Part shown: piece after piece, positions 54,647-64,000 of the stretch
Layout: every line of letters begins with the position of its first letter
Position numbering within the stretch: position 1 is the first letter of the stretch
Origin: an uncultured Caulobacterales bacterium
GTDB taxonomy: Bacteria; Pseudomonadota; Alphaproteobacteria; Caulobacterales; Maricaulaceae
Length of the DNA stretch: 64,000 nt
Direction: 5' to 3'
Assembly (NCBI GenBank): GCA_964352785.1
Contig: CAYGTI010000017.1
Span: forward strand, 4,494-68,493
Program-made: the position numbers and the translations under genes
The notes under the pieces: generated by a model
What the model was told of the DNA's origin: nothing
Seen by the model: the letters and a program-made list of their open reading frames with translations, nothing else
The model's database searches: none

Positions 54647-54790
54647 CCTTAGGCTACAAGCAAGAGTACCAAATTATCTAAGCTAAAGACTCTCCCGAGC
54701 ACGAATTGCTGCGGCTCTTTAGTTGCGTCTGGGCCGCCCTTTGCTATAAGGGAGAAAATTTTCCAAGATTGACCGAAAAGGATTTCACCT

Positions 54791-57466
54791 ATGGCTTCAC
54801 TTGACAGTTTTAAGTGCGAACGCGAGCTGATCGTGCGCGGCGGAACATATACATATTTTGATTTAAAAGTCGCCGAGGCTAATGGGCTTTCGGGTATTTC
54901 CAAACTTCCGCGCTCACTCAAGGTTTTGCTCGAAAACCTCTTGCGATTCGAAGACGGCAATACGGTCAAAAAAGAAGATATCGAAGCCATGGCCGCGTGG
55001 CTACAAACCAAAACATCCACACATGAAATTGCTTACCGCCCCGCGCGCGTTTTGATGCAGGATTTCACAGGGGTTCCTGCCGTTGTAGATTTGGCCGCGA
55101 TGCGCGACGCGATGTCAAATTTGGGCGAAAGCCCTGATAAAATTAATCCGCTGAACCCGGTTCATCTTGTAATCGATCACTCCGTGATGGTGGATTATTT
55201 CGGAACCCCGCAAGCGTTTGAGAAAAATGTGCAGCGCGAATATGAGCGCAACGGTGAGCGTTACGATTTCTTGAAATGGGGCCAAAGCGCGTTTGATAAC
55301 TTTGCTGTTGTGCCTCCGGGCACCGGGATTTGTCACCAAGTCAATCTTGAGCATTTGGCGCAAACGGTTTGGACCAAAACAGAAGATGGCAAAACCTACG
55401 CATTCCCTGACACACTTGTCGGCACCGACAGCCACACAACCATGATCAATGGCCTGTCTGTTTTAGGCTGGGGCGTTGGCGGTATTGAGGCCGAAGCGGC
55501 AATGCTCGGTCAGCCCATATCTATGCTCATCCCCGAAGTTGTCGGGTTTGAGCTGACCGGTAAATTACCAGAAGGCGCAACGGCAACTGATCTTGTGCTG
55601 CGCGTTGTGGAAATGCTCCGCAAGCACGGCGTTGTCGGAAAATTTGTTGAGTTTTACGGCTCAGGCTTGAATAATTTGTCCCTCGAAGATCAGGCGACAA
55701 TCGCGAATATGGCGCCTGAATACGGCGCAACCTGCGGGTTCTTCCCCGTCGATGACGATACTTTGCGCTATTTGAACGCGACGGGCCGCGATACCCAGCG
55801 CATCGAATTGGTTGATGCATATTCCAAAGCCCAAGGGTTGTGGCGTGATGAAACTGTCGCGACCTATACAAGCACACTCGGGCTTGATGTCGGAACAGTG
55901 ACGCCGTCTATCTCCGGCCCCAAACGCCCGCAAGACAGGTTCGATCTGAAAGGTGCGAACAAAACGTTCGCAAAAATTCTGCGTGATGAGTATAAAAAGC
56001 AGCCGATGGGCGATAGCGCCATTGACGTGAGCGGAAAAGATTTCTCAGTCGATCACGGCGACGTGTTTATTGCTGCGATTACGTCATGTACAAATACGTC
56101 CAACCCCTCCGTGATGATGGCGGCTGGCCTTGTCGCGGAAAAAGCCAACAAGCTTGGCCTGACCGTCAAACCTTGGGTCAAGACGTCCCTTGCGCCCGGC
56201 TCTCAAGTCGTGGGCGAATATCTTGAAAAGTCGAAACTGCAGGATGAGCTCAACCAGCTTGGTTTTGATGTTGTCGGCTATGGCTGTACGACCTGTATTG
56301 GTAACTCTGGTCCGCTCGCCCCTGAACTGGCCAAAGCCATCGAAGATGGTGATTTAGTGTCATGTTCCGTTCTGTCTGGTAACCGAAATTTTGAAGGCCG
56401 GATCGGCCCCGATATCAAAGCCAACTTCTTGGCGTCACCGCCGCTTGTCGTCGCTTACGCACTGGCTGGTTCGCTTCACCATGATTTTGATGCAGACCCT
56501 CTGGGAGTCGACAAGGACGGTAACGAGATTTATCTCAAAGACATTTGGCCGACGTCGCAGGAAATCGCCGCCGTTGTACGCAAAGTCATCACGCGCAAAA
56601 TGTTTACTGAACGCTACGCAGATGTCTTTAAAGGTGACAAGCAATGGCAGGATATTAAAGTCGAAGGAGGTGAAACCTATAATTGGAACCCAGCCTCAAC
56701 CTATGTGCGTAACCCGCCTTATTTTGACGGTATGACCATGACGCCGGATCCGGTGGAGGATGTTAAAAACGCCAATATCCTCGCGCTTTTGGGCGACTCT
56801 ATCACAACCGACCACATCTCGCCTGCGGGCGCGATCAAGCATGATGGCCCAGCGGGCGTGTATCTCTCTGAGCGCCAAGTTCCAAAAGCGGAGTTCAACT
56901 CCTTTGGTTCACGGCGTGGTAATCACGAAGTCATGATGCGCGGCACGTTTGCCAATATTCGTATCAAAAACTTGATGGCACCCGGCACAGAAGGCGGCGT
57001 GACCAAATACGTCCCGACAGGCGAAGTGATGAGTATTTTCGATGCGTCGGAAAAATACCTTGCGGATGATAAAGACCTCGTTGTTTTCGCCGGATCGCTC
57101 TACGGGAACGGCTCCTCTCGTGATTGGGCCGCTAAAGGTACGATCTTACTCGGCGTAAAGGCTGTGATTGCCGAGAGTTTTGAGCGTATTCACCGCTCTA
57201 ACCTCATCGGCATGGGGGTTCTTCCACTTGAATTCCAAGACGGTCAAAGCTGGGAAAGTCTTGGTATGACAGGCGATGAGACCGTCGATATCAAAGGCGT
57301 TGAAAACCTTGAGCCGCGCGGGACTCTCAATGTTGAGATTTCTTATCCAAACGGGGATAAGAAAATCGTGACGGCGAATGTCCGAATTGATACGGATAAT
57401 GAGCATGAATATTACAAGCATGGTGGTATCTTGCACTATGTGCTGCGGAACCTCGCCGCGGCTTAG
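54791..57466 (+). CDS. acnA: aconitate hydratase AcnA
   Basis: 891 aa with aconitase/IRP family motifs (RVLMQDFTGVPAVVDLAAMRD, GTDSHTTMINGL, ITSCTNTSNP, GYGCTTCIGNSG, NRNFEGRI, GSSRDWAAKG). Confidence 0.95.
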   Translation: MASLDSFKCERELIVRGGTYTYFDLKVAEANGLSGISKLPRSLKVLLENLLRFEDGNTVKKEDIEAMAAWLQTKTSTHEIAYRPARVLMQDFTGVPAVVDLAAMRDAMSNLGESPDKINPLNPVHLVIDHSVMVDYFGTPQAFEKNVQREYERNGERYDFLKWGQSAFDNFAVVPPGTGICHQVNLEHLAQTVWTKTEDGKTYAFPDTLVGTDSHTTMINGLSVLGWGVGGIEAEAAMLGQPISMLIPEVVGFELTGKLPEGATATDLVLRVVEMLRKHGVVGKFVEFYGSGLNNLSLEDQATIANMAPEYGATCGFFPVDDDTLRYLNATGRDTQRIELVDAYSKAQGLWRDETVATYTSTLGLDVGTVTPSISGPKRPQDRFDLKGANKTFAKILRDEYKKQPMGDSAIDVSGKDFSVDHGDVFIAAITSCTNTSNPSVMMAAGLVAEKANKLGLTVKPWVKTSLAPGSQVVGEYLEKSKLQDELNQLGFDVVGYGCTTCIGNSGPLAPELAKAIEDGDLVSCSVLSGNRNFEGRIGPDIKANFLASPPLVVAYALAGSLHHDFDADPLGVDKDGNEIYLKDIWPTSQEIAAVVRKVITRKMFTERYADVFKGDKQWQDIKVEGGETYNWNPASTYVRNPPYFDGMTMTPDPVEDVKNANILALLGDSITTDHISPAGAIKHDGPAGVYLSERQVPKAEFNSFGSRRGNHEVMMRGTFANIRIKNLMAPGTEGGVTKYVPTGEVMSIFDASEKYLADDKDLVVFAGSLYGNGSSRDWAAKGTILLGVKAVIAESFERIHRSNLIGMGVLPLEFQDGQSWESLGMTGDETVDIKGVENLEPRGTLNVEISYPNGDKKIVTANVRIDTDNEHEYYKHGGILHYVLRNLAAA

Positions 57467-57525
57467 TCCGGCTTTCCGCCGCTCCGGCGCGTTCGGGGTG
57501 GCCGTTCAAAATTATAAATAATTCA

Positions 57526-57562
57526 GCGCGGGTTTCATAATATCGGAGCCCGCGTTTTTTTT
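57526..57562 (+). terminator. Rho-independent terminator after acnA
   Basis: The stem GCGCGGG (57526..57532) / CCCGCG (57549..57554) is followed by T8 (57555..57562). The loop is rather long at about 16 nt. Confidence 0.55.
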
Positions 57563-57664
57563 GTGCGTGGCTTGAAACTGCTGGAGTTTGGGCGGCTCTC
57601 GAATTTACCCGCTGGAGCATTATTAAAATTCCACCGCTGACCTATTATGAAGGCAGGGAGGGCA

Positions 57665-58573
57665 TTAAGGATATTGTGTTGAGTATTCTTTTTCGATTCG
57701 GCTTTGTAATTTCTTTGAAATAGAATTCGCATAATTTTTACATCCATCTATCGAATTAAGCTGTCCGTCTTTAAGACGGTCCCTCATCTTGCTTGCAGAC
57801 GGATGGGGCGTCACCAAAAGCGTGCAATTGAGTTGACTTAGCTTACCCACACCAACTTTGTAGCTAGCTAGATAACTAGGATGAGCTGAAAATTTGTAGT
57901 CATCTCGACTTATCGGGGAAAGACTATCCGCGTAGACAATCCATTCACATAAATCGTCCTCACAATCCTCCCATTGCCAACTCAGAGCTCCTTGCGTATG
58001 TCCCGGTGTTTCGATCGCTCTTAGTGTTATATTACCCAGATGAATAACTTCACCATCCTGAACAGTTCGCGCTACATTTGCGGGTGGAAAAGGCTCATGC
58101 ATGCCATGTTGCGGATCAGATGAAATACTTTTTCCGGTCGTCAAAACGGGTTGCGCGGCTTTCGACGCATATAGCTCTGCCCCGGTAAGACGCTGAAGTG
58201 CAGCTAGTCCTGCGACATGGTCAAAATGCTCATGACTATGAAGCAATAGTTTCACGTCAGATAGATTATAACCCAAGGACCTAATATTCTCAGAAATGAT
58301 GAACGCACCACTCTCAGTCCCGCCATCGATAAGAATGTGACCTTTTTCGCCGACAATAAGAATTGATGTAATTCCACATGTGCCAACATAGTAGCTGTTA
58401 GCGTAAATTTGGAAAGGGGGGCCGGGTTTATCCCAGTCGTCCCAGTCACTACACGTATTGATCCAGAGATTTTGAGACTCGCTTCTAGTAATCACTTCTG
58501 TAGAATTGATTATAGGTGATGAGCAACCATATAGTGCTAATAAACACATTGTCATCAGAGTTACCAGTTTCAT
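57665..58573 (-). CDS. subclass B3-like metallo-beta-lactamase (lipoprotein-type signal)
   Basis: 302 aa with the signal/lipobox LLALYGCSS. The zinc ligand motifs in B3 order are LLHSHEHFDHVAG (H-x-H-x-D-H), ETPGHTQGALSW and LLVTPHPSAS. The Cys pair CTLL...DGC flanks the last motif, as in L1-type enzymes. Confidence 0.75.
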   Translation of the reverse strand: MKLVTLMTMCLLALYGCSSPIINSTEVITRSESQNLWINTCSDWDDWDKPGPPFQIYANSYYVGTCGITSILIVGEKGHILIDGGTESGAFIISENIRSLGYNLSDVKLLLHSHEHFDHVAGLAALQRLTGAELYASKAAQPVLTTGKSISSDPQHGMHEPFPPANVARTVQDGEVIHLGNITLRAIETPGHTQGALSWQWEDCEDDLCEWIVYADSLSPISRDDYKFSAHPSYLASYKVGVGKLSQLNCTLLVTPHPSASKMRDRLKDGQLNSIDGCKNYANSISKKLQSRIEKEYSTQYP

Positions 58574-58822
58574 GATATTCCCTTCCCAGACTAAGTCACT
58601 ATAGCTTCTAAATTGGCACTAAATAATGTCAATTTATGGGTAGCATAAGGCAGTGTCTCTTTTTCAACTTAACGCAATTTCGACATATGCCTAAAACCCG
58701 CAGGGGGGATTAATCCTTAATTACGCATCTTTTTTGCTCTTAGAACCCGTTGCAAATCAGCGGCTTAGAATTTTTAGAAACAAACGCCTCCTCGCTACCC
58801 AATCCGGCGGTAATGTGTTTTC

Positions 58823-59446
58823 ATGACAGATGACCCAACAACGCAGATAGAAGAGATGGTATTATATTCCAGCCGTCTAGCCTCGCAAGATCGCGTCGGC
58901 CGGGCTGTGTGGTATGAGCTCATTCTGTATCGGTTTTTGTGTTTGCTCTATGCGCGCGGCGTTCTTAGCCCGGCCCGGTTTCGGCGCGCAGTTCCGCTGC
59001 GTTTCCGCGCCACTACGTATTTTTACGTGCCCCTAATAGTTCCGGGGTGTGAAAATCTCCGGCAAGCGGTGCAGCAGCACGGCGGACATATTATAGGTGA
59101 CCTTGAGCTTTATGAGGACACCTGTCTTACAGAGCCACCCGCATGCACGCTGAAAGAATGGCGGGCCGTGCAGACTTTAAAGTTCACCCAAACCGCCAGA
59201 GCGGCCAATAGTCTACTGGCTTTATGGTCCGATAGTTTGGCGCTGATGAATACTATTCGCGGATCGCCCTCGCGTCCCTGTAAAGCCGTATTATCTTGTA
59301 TTCTATTTAGGGTCTTGCAGTTTTCTCATGATCAGAGATTCATTGGAAAACGCTTAAAAAGCACACTCCGGATAAATGTGAAATGCTTTAGTCGTCCGGA
59401 TCACAGGCCCGTTTTAAAAACTCAGAACGTTTTTCACCGTTCATAA
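58823..59446 (+). CDS. questionable ORF (orphan or non-coding)
   Basis: This is the only ORF of 60 aa or more in an ~800-bp gap. It has no SD and an R/L/C-rich composition, I recognise no motif, and its 3' end overlaps the convergent lipoprotein gene by 59 nt. Confidence 0.2.
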   Translation: MTDDPTTQIEEMVLYSSRLASQDRVGRAVWYELILYRFLCLLYARGVLSPARFRRAVPLRFRATTYFYVPLIVPGCENLRQAVQQHGGHIIGDLELYEDTCLTEPPACTLKEWRAVQTLKFTQTARAANSLLALWSDSLALMNTIRGSPSRPCKAVLSCILFRVLQFSHDQRFIGKRLKSTLRINVKCFSRPDHRPVLKTQNVFHRS

Positions 59447-59846
59447 GAGATATATGAGCATCCAAGCGCCCGGGGCTAGGCGAATAGGTAATGACTTGTG
59501 GGTAATCGTGCGCGGCGTTCACAAATTGGTATTCATTCGCTGCGCCTGTGTCCTCACGTGTAAACTCAACCACATCGCCCTTTGAGCCAGTAACGACAAG
59601 TACTTGGCCGCCTTCATGTGGTTCAATCCGCATGTGCTCAAAGAAGGTGACGCGCCCGTCCTCCTGGTGGTTTGCGGAGTAACCAAAGAGCCAAGCTGAG
59701 GAGTCTTGCGTCCACACTTCGCGCGACAGCCCGTCCTCGCTTTGCCAACATCCGGCGAAAGGGTGCTTCAGATCCGGAGCTTGAATGGTATTATTGCAAG
59801 CCATAACGGCGAGGCTTAGCAGAATAATAGAAATGTAGTTTTTCAT
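59388..59846 (-). CDS. hypothetical lipoprotein
   Basis: 152 aa with the lipobox LAVMACNN and a compact beta-rich look (FAGCWQSEDG...). Confidence 0.55.
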   Translation of the reverse strand: MKNYISIILLSLAVMACNNTIQAPDLKHPFAGCWQSEDGLSREVWTQDSSAWLFGYSANHQEDGRVTFFEHMRIEPHEGGQVLVVTGSKGDVVEFTREDTGAANEYQFVNAAHDYPQVITYSPSPGRLDAHISLMNGEKRSEFLKRACDPDD

Positions 59847-59882
59847 AAGTCCAAACTATCCAAAATGTGCATAGCGGCCAAT

Positions 59883-59923
59883 AAAAAACCCGGCCCTAAG
59901 AATTATCTCGGAACCGGGTTTCT
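59883..59923 (-). terminator. probable Rho-independent terminator after pnp
   Basis: The reverse strand reads AAACCCGG-(loop)-CCGGGTTTTTT, with stem arms at 59889..59895 and 59913..59919 and a T-run from the A6 at 59883..59888. The loop is about 17 nt. Confidence 0.45.
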
Positions 59924-59943
59924 ACACACTTATTTAAGAGGCT

Positions 59944-62151
59944 CTATTCCTCTTCGCCTTTTGGCTTACGCCGAGAGCGGCTACGGCTGCGCTTTTTTGG
60001 CTCGCCTTTATCGTCATCGCCTTTGTCTTCACGCGGCTCACGCGGGAACTCTTCGCCGGTTTCTTGATCCACATATTTCATGTTCAAGCGAACCTTGCCG
60101 CGATCATCAAAGCCCATCAGTTTGACCCAGACTTCTTGACCTTCTGATACAACGTCGGACGGGTGATTAACGCGCTCGTTTTTCATTTGAGAAACATGCA
60201 CAAGGCCGTCTTTGGGGCCGAAGAAATTCACAAAAGCCCCAAAGTCGACAACTTTGACGACTTTACCTTTATAAATCATACCGACTTCCGGATCCGCCGT
60301 CAGGCCGTGAATCCATTCACGGGCCGCGTCGATTGACTTTTGGTCGTTAGATGCGATTTTGATTGTGCCGTCATCTTCAACCGAGACGCGGGCGCCTGTG
60401 GTGTCAACGATTTCGCGGATCACTTTACCGCCGCTACCAATGACGTCGCGGATTTTATCAACCTTGATTTTCATGGTTTCAATACGCGGTGCGAACTCAC
60501 CAACATCAGCGCGCGCGCCTTCGAGAGCTTTGTTCATTTCGCCAAGGATGTGCATGCGGCCGCCATGAGCTTGCTCTAGGGCTTTGGTCATGATCTCTTC
60601 GCTAATACCCGCAATTTTGATATCCATTTGAAGGGATGTAATCCCTTCGGATGTTCCGGCGACTTTAAAGTCCATATCACCAAGATGATCTTCGTCGCCA
60701 AGGATATCAGAGAGAACAGCGATATCGTCGTCGTCCTTGATAAGGCCCATCGCGATACCAGAGACAGGGCGCTTGATCGGCACGCCTGCGTCCATCATGG
60801 CAAGGGAGCAACCACAAACGGTGGCCATAGACGACGAGCCGTTTGACTCCATAATTTCTGAGACCAAACGAATTGTGTAAGGGAAGTCCTCGGGCGTTGG
60901 TAGAACAGCTTGGAGCGCGCGCCATGCGAGCTTACCATGGCCGTGTTCTCGGCGGGACGTTCCGCCCATCCGGCCGCATTCACCGACAGAGTATGGCGGG
61001 AAGTTATAGTGCAGAAGGAACTTGTTTTTGATGGTACCTGTGAGTTGATCTACGAACTGCTCATCATCGGATGTTCCGAGCGTCGCGACGCACAAAGCTT
61101 GTGTTTCGCCGCGCGTGAACAAAGCAGAGCCATGGGTACGCGGAAGCGGGCCGGCCTCAGAAACAATCGGGCGAACCTGATCAAGTTTACGGCCATCAAT
61201 ACGTTTGCCTGTTTTGATAACGGAGGAGCGAACTACGGAAGATTCGATAGATTTGAACACATCGCCAAAAACGCCGCCGGAAAGACCGTCCGGATTGTCT
61301 TCGGATTGACCCAGAGCTGCCCATGCCGCGTCTTTGGTTTCGCCGAGCAAGGCTTGACGTTCCATTTTGTCGGTTTTCTTATAGGCGGCTTTAATGCCTT
61401 TTTCGGCTTGTTTCGCGACAAGTTTCTTCTCGGCTGAATAATCAGGCGATGTAAACTCGCGGGCAGGTTTGCCAGCTTTTTTAGCCAGTTCAACAATCGC
61501 ATCGATGACGGGTTGGCAGCTCTCATGGGCAAACATAACCGCGCCGAGCATTTGCTCTTCGGTTAGCTCTTTGGCTTCTGACTCCACCATCATGACGGCG
61601 TCAGATGTACCCGCAACAACAAGGTCAAGCTCAGAATCGACAAGCTCGGAGAGCGTCGGGTTCAGAACATATTCGCCGTCGATGAGGCCAACGCGGGATG
61701 CCGCGATGGGGCCCATGAACGGAAGACCGGAAATTGAAAGGGCAGCAGACGCGCCGATCATACCAATGATATCCGGCTCGTTTTCAAGATCGTGCTGCAG
61801 AACCGTAATAACGATCTGTACTTCGTTCTTGTAGCCTTTGGGGAAAAGCGGGCGAATCGGACGATCTGTCAGGCGGGATATCAGTGTTTCGCGCTCAGTT
61901 GGACGGCCTTCGCGTTTAAAGTAGCCACCTGGTACTTTACCGGCAGCATAGAATTTTTCCATGTAGTTGACGGTCAGAGGGAAGAAATCCATGCCCGGTC
62001 TTTGCTTGGTGGCGCCGACGACGGTCGCCAGCAATTTTGTATCGCCATAAGTGGCCAGAACGGCCCCATCAGCTTGGCGGGCCATGCCGCCTGTTTCGAG
62101 TGTGAGAAGGCGTCCGGCCCAATCAAGTTCTACTGAGTGTTTATCAAACAT
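59944..62151 (-). CDS. pnp: polyribonucleotide nucleotidyltransferase (PNPase)
   Basis: Two RNase PH domains, a KH domain and an S1 domain (start [14 protein letters not shown], then [45 protein letters not shown]). The start is moved to comp(62149..62151). The protein ends in a basic/acidic tail containing RSRSRSRR. Confidence 0.95.
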   Translation of the reverse strand: MFDKHSVELDWAGRLLTLETGGMARQADGAVLATYGDTKLLATVVGATKQRPGMDFFPLTVNYMEKFYAAGKVPGGYFKREGRPTERETLISRLTDRPIRPLFPKGYKNEVQIVITVLQHDLENEPDIIGMIGASAALSISGLPFMGPIAASRVGLIDGEYVLNPTLSELVDSELDLVVAGTSDAVMMVESEAKELTEEQMLGAVMFAHESCQPVIDAIVELAKKAGKPAREFTSPDYSAEKKLVAKQAEKGIKAAYKKTDKMERQALLGETKDAAWAALGQSEDNPDGLSGGVFGDVFKSIESSVVRSSVIKTGKRIDGRKLDQVRPIVSEAGPLPRTHGSALFTRGETQALCVATLGTSDDEQFVDQLTGTIKNKFLLHYNFPPYSVGECGRMGGTSRREHGHGKLAWRALQAVLPTPEDFPYTIRLVSEIMESNGSSSMATVCGCSLAMMDAGVPIKRPVSGIAMGLIKDDDDIAVLSDILGDEDHLGDMDFKVAGTSEGITSLQMDIKIAGISEEIMTKALEQAHGGRMHILGEMNKALEGARADVGEFAPRIETMKIKVDKIRDVIGSGGKVIREIVDTTGARVSVEDDGTIKIASNDQKSIDAAREWIHGLTADPEVGMIYKGKVVKVVDFGAFVNFFGPKDGLVHVSQMKNERVNHPSDVVSEGQEVWVKLMGFDDRGKVRLNMKYVDQETGEEFPREPREDKGDDDKGEPKKRSRSRSRRKPKGEEE

Positions 62152-62381
62152 AGTGTACGTTTTCTTTCGTGTCATACATACATGCACATCGTGTGCATTT
62201 TGTGGTTAGCGCTTCCTTGCGCGTATGTGCATTAAATGCACTCGTGCAATTCCTGTTAAATCAGAATCAAAAATTAGGCCTTATTTGCCTATTTTCTGAT
62301 GCTTTCCTGAGTGCGATTAAACAGGAAATGCACTAAAGGCCGCCCTCATGGCGACCTTTCGTTTTGAGGCTGTAAGCCGCT
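62152..62381 (-). promoter_or_regulatory. rpsO-pnp intergenic leader with the rpsO attenuator hairpin and several further hairpins
   Basis: On the reverse strand, the hairpin AAAGGTCGCC-ATGAGG-GCGGCCTTT (62335..62359) has only a weak U-tract. A long imperfect hairpin pairs TCCTGTTTAATC... with ...GATTTAACAGGA (62251..62325). Three hairpins are built on GTGCAT/ATGCAC arms (62182..62198, 62227..62241, plus flanking copies). Confidence 0.5.
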
Positions 62382-62651
62382 CTAGCGGCGCAGACCCAAT
62401 TTCTGGATGAGATCCTGATAGCGGCTCTCATCTTTTTTCTTGAGATAATCCAAAAGGCGGCGGCGAAGCGTCACCATGCTGAGGAGGCCTCGGCGTGAAT
62501 GGTTATCTTTTTTATTCGTTTTAAAATGCTCGGTGAGGTTCACAATGCGTTCCGTGAGGATGGCAACTTGAACTTCGGGTGAGCCTGTATCGCCGGGCTT
62601 AACGGCATAGTCTTTGATCAAAGCGGCTTTGCGCTGGGGTGTGATCGACAT
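62382..62651 (-). CDS. rpsO: 30S ribosomal protein S15
   Basis: 89 aa starting [15 protein letters not shown]...[40 protein letters not shown]. Confidence 0.95.
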   Translation of the reverse strand: MSITPQRKAALIKDYAVKPGDTGSPEVQVAILTERIVNLTEHFKTNKKDNHSRRGLLSMVTLRRRLLDYLKKKDESRYQDLIQKLGLRR

Positions 62652-62669
62652 CGTATTTCTCCAAAATAA

Positions 62670-63587
62670 CTACAGATTAAAAACACGTTTCGGCAGGAGT
62701 TTCCCGTCTTGCGCGTCACAAAGAGCGATGGCTTTGCCCTCCTCTTTCACCAAAACCCAGTTGGGCTGCTCTGTTATATCAGCGCGGAGAAAGTGCGAGG
62801 GCGCGGCTATTGCCCGTCCGTGTTTCAGGTCGATGGTTTCTTGCGGTGTCGCGGCCAGCACCGGGATGTCGTCCAGTGCGGTCTCAACAGGCAAAAGCCC
62901 TTCTGAAACGTCGCCCATATGGCAGAGTTTTTCCAGCGCGTCTAGGGTAAAAGAGTGGTCCAGTACAAAGCGCCCAACGCGGGTACGGCGCAAAAATGTC
63001 ACGTGGCCGCACGTTCCAAGCCTCGCCGCAAGATCGCGGGCGATGGATCGCACATAGGTACCTTTGCCGCATGTTAGTCGCAAGGTTACGGTATCCGGCG
63101 TGATCTCGCTGATATCAAGACTGTGCACATAAACAGGTCTGGGTTTCAGCTCAACAATCTCTCCGGCGCGGGCCAAATCATAGGAGCGGCGGCCCTCAAC
63201 TTTGATAGCCGAGAACCGCGGCGGTGTTTGCTCAATATGGCCGATAAACGTCGGAAGGGCCGCTTCGATGTCGGCGCGCGAAGGCCGCACATCTGAGGTT
63301 TGCGTTGCCGTACCTTCGGCGTCCCAGCTATCCGTGTTTTCACCCCACGTGATTGTAAAAATATAGTCCTTATCGGCGTCCATGGTAAACGGAACCGTTT
63401 TCGTCGCGTCGCCTAGCGCAATTGGCAAAATGCCGGAGGCAAGTGGGTCGAGCGTACCCGCATGTCCCGCCTTTTGTGCCTTAAACAGCCAGCGCACTTT
63501 CCCCACAGCCTGCGTGGAGGTCATGCCGAGTGGTTTATCAAACACCACCCATCCGTGAACCGGATTGCCTTTGCGTTTTCTTGCCAT
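62670..63587 (-). CDS. truB: tRNA pseudouridine(55) synthase TruB
   Basis: 305 aa with motifs GWVVFDKPLGMTS, the catalytic Asp context GHAGTLDPLASGILPI and PPRFSAIKV.G.R.Y. Conserved truB-rpsO-pnp order. Confidence 0.9.
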   Translation of the reverse strand: MARKRKGNPVHGWVVFDKPLGMTSTQAVGKVRWLFKAQKAGHAGTLDPLASGILPIALGDATKTVPFTMDADKDYIFTITWGENTDSWDAEGTATQTSDVRPSRADIEAALPTFIGHIEQTPPRFSAIKVEGRRSYDLARAGEIVELKPRPVYVHSLDISEITPDTVTLRLTCGKGTYVRSIARDLAARLGTCGHVTFLRRTRVGRFVLDHSFTLDALEKLCHMGDVSEGLLPVETALDDIPVLAATPQETIDLKHGRAIAAPSHFLRADITEQPNWVLVKEEGKAIALCDAQDGKLLPKRVFNL

Positions 63588-63768
63588 AATTACACTCTAG
63601 AACAGCCCAGCAAATTGCGGGATTAGCCATCTATTTATAGCTCCAATTAAAAATGAATACTTGAAAAACAAGAAAAATGACTGGTGTTACAAAGTGCTTT
63701 ACTTTTAGTTGTAGTGCGCGTACCGCTACCGTCGATTGTTTGGGTGCTAAATTTTTTGGGAGTATGTC

Positions 63769-64000
63769 ATGAAGCTATATGTGAAAATCGTCACGGTTGC
63801 GGCGGTAGCGGTTTTGTTGCCAGCTTGTTCAACAATTGTGAATGGCACGAACCAAAGCGTATCTTTTAATACTGGTGAAGTTACAGGCGCGGCCTGTGAC
63901 CTGACTGGCGGAAGTGAATTCTCTGTGAATGAAAAGTTCACAACACCTGCTGTTGTTCAAGTTCCGCGTAGCAAAAAAGCGTTGCAACTGGATTGTAAAA
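63769..64000 (+). CDS. hypothetical lipoprotein, N-terminal fragment (runs off the window end)
   Basis: My translation from ATG 63769 gives MKLYVKIVTVAAVAVLLPACSTIVNGTNQSVSFNTGEVTGAACDLTGG... with the lipobox LLPAC. The frame is open to position 64000. Confidence 0.45.
   Translation, partial: MKLYVKIVTVAAVAVLLPACSTIVNGTNQSVSFNTGEVTGAACDLTGGSEFSVNEKFTTPAVVQVPRSKKALQLDCK

Noticed and set aside
62152-62187. Upstream ATG (62187) of the pnp track ORF
   Set aside because: PNPase homology begins at MFDKHSVE (comp 62149..62151). The extra 12 codons ([12 protein letters not shown]) fall in the structured leader.

Overview
This 64-kb segment looks like an alphaproteobacterial chromosome. That assignment is an inference from gene content and synteny: chvI-chvG, tsaE-amgK/murU-addB-addA-trxA, a fixNOQP/fixGHIS-type cbb3 oxidase cluster, and truB-rpsO-pnp. 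I can support about 60 protein-coding genes and found no rRNA, tRNA, CRISPR array, transposase or integrase. The blocks are: (1) 0-25 kb housekeeping genes (rpmJ, ggt, recR, rmuC, chvIG, PTS-Ntr EIIA/NPr, a PAS histidine kinase, ferredoxin, tsaE, fused amgK-murU, addBA, trxA, an ECF-like sigma factor with YciI, mnmC). (2) 25.4-36 kb holds a complete type II secretion operon gspCDEFGHIJKLMN. (3) 36.5-43.4 kb is an accessory-looking patch. (4) 43.4-45.4 kb carries an orphan dmpG/dmpF pair. (5) 45.7-53.6 kb carries ccoNOQP-ccoGHIS. (6) 53.6-64 kb carries small exported proteins, acnA, a subclass-B3-like metallo-beta-lactamase, pnp, rpsO and truB. The strongest candidate for an undescribed system is the cluster at 37.6-43.4 kb. 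It encodes a tandem SLATT-like four-TM protein and a secreted trypsin-fold protease whose catalytic triad is split by a ~10-repeat WD40-like insertion. It also encodes a 65-aa lipoprotein and a TIR-TM-periplasmic TPR receptor, and has no NTPase. A second notable observation comes straight from the sequence. Two genes (chvG, gspH) keep essential N-terminal elements upstream of any ATG/GTG/TTG, and each has an in-frame ATA that overlaps the upstream stop codon (ATAG, ATAA). All family assignments rest on motif recognition by eye, with no searches run.
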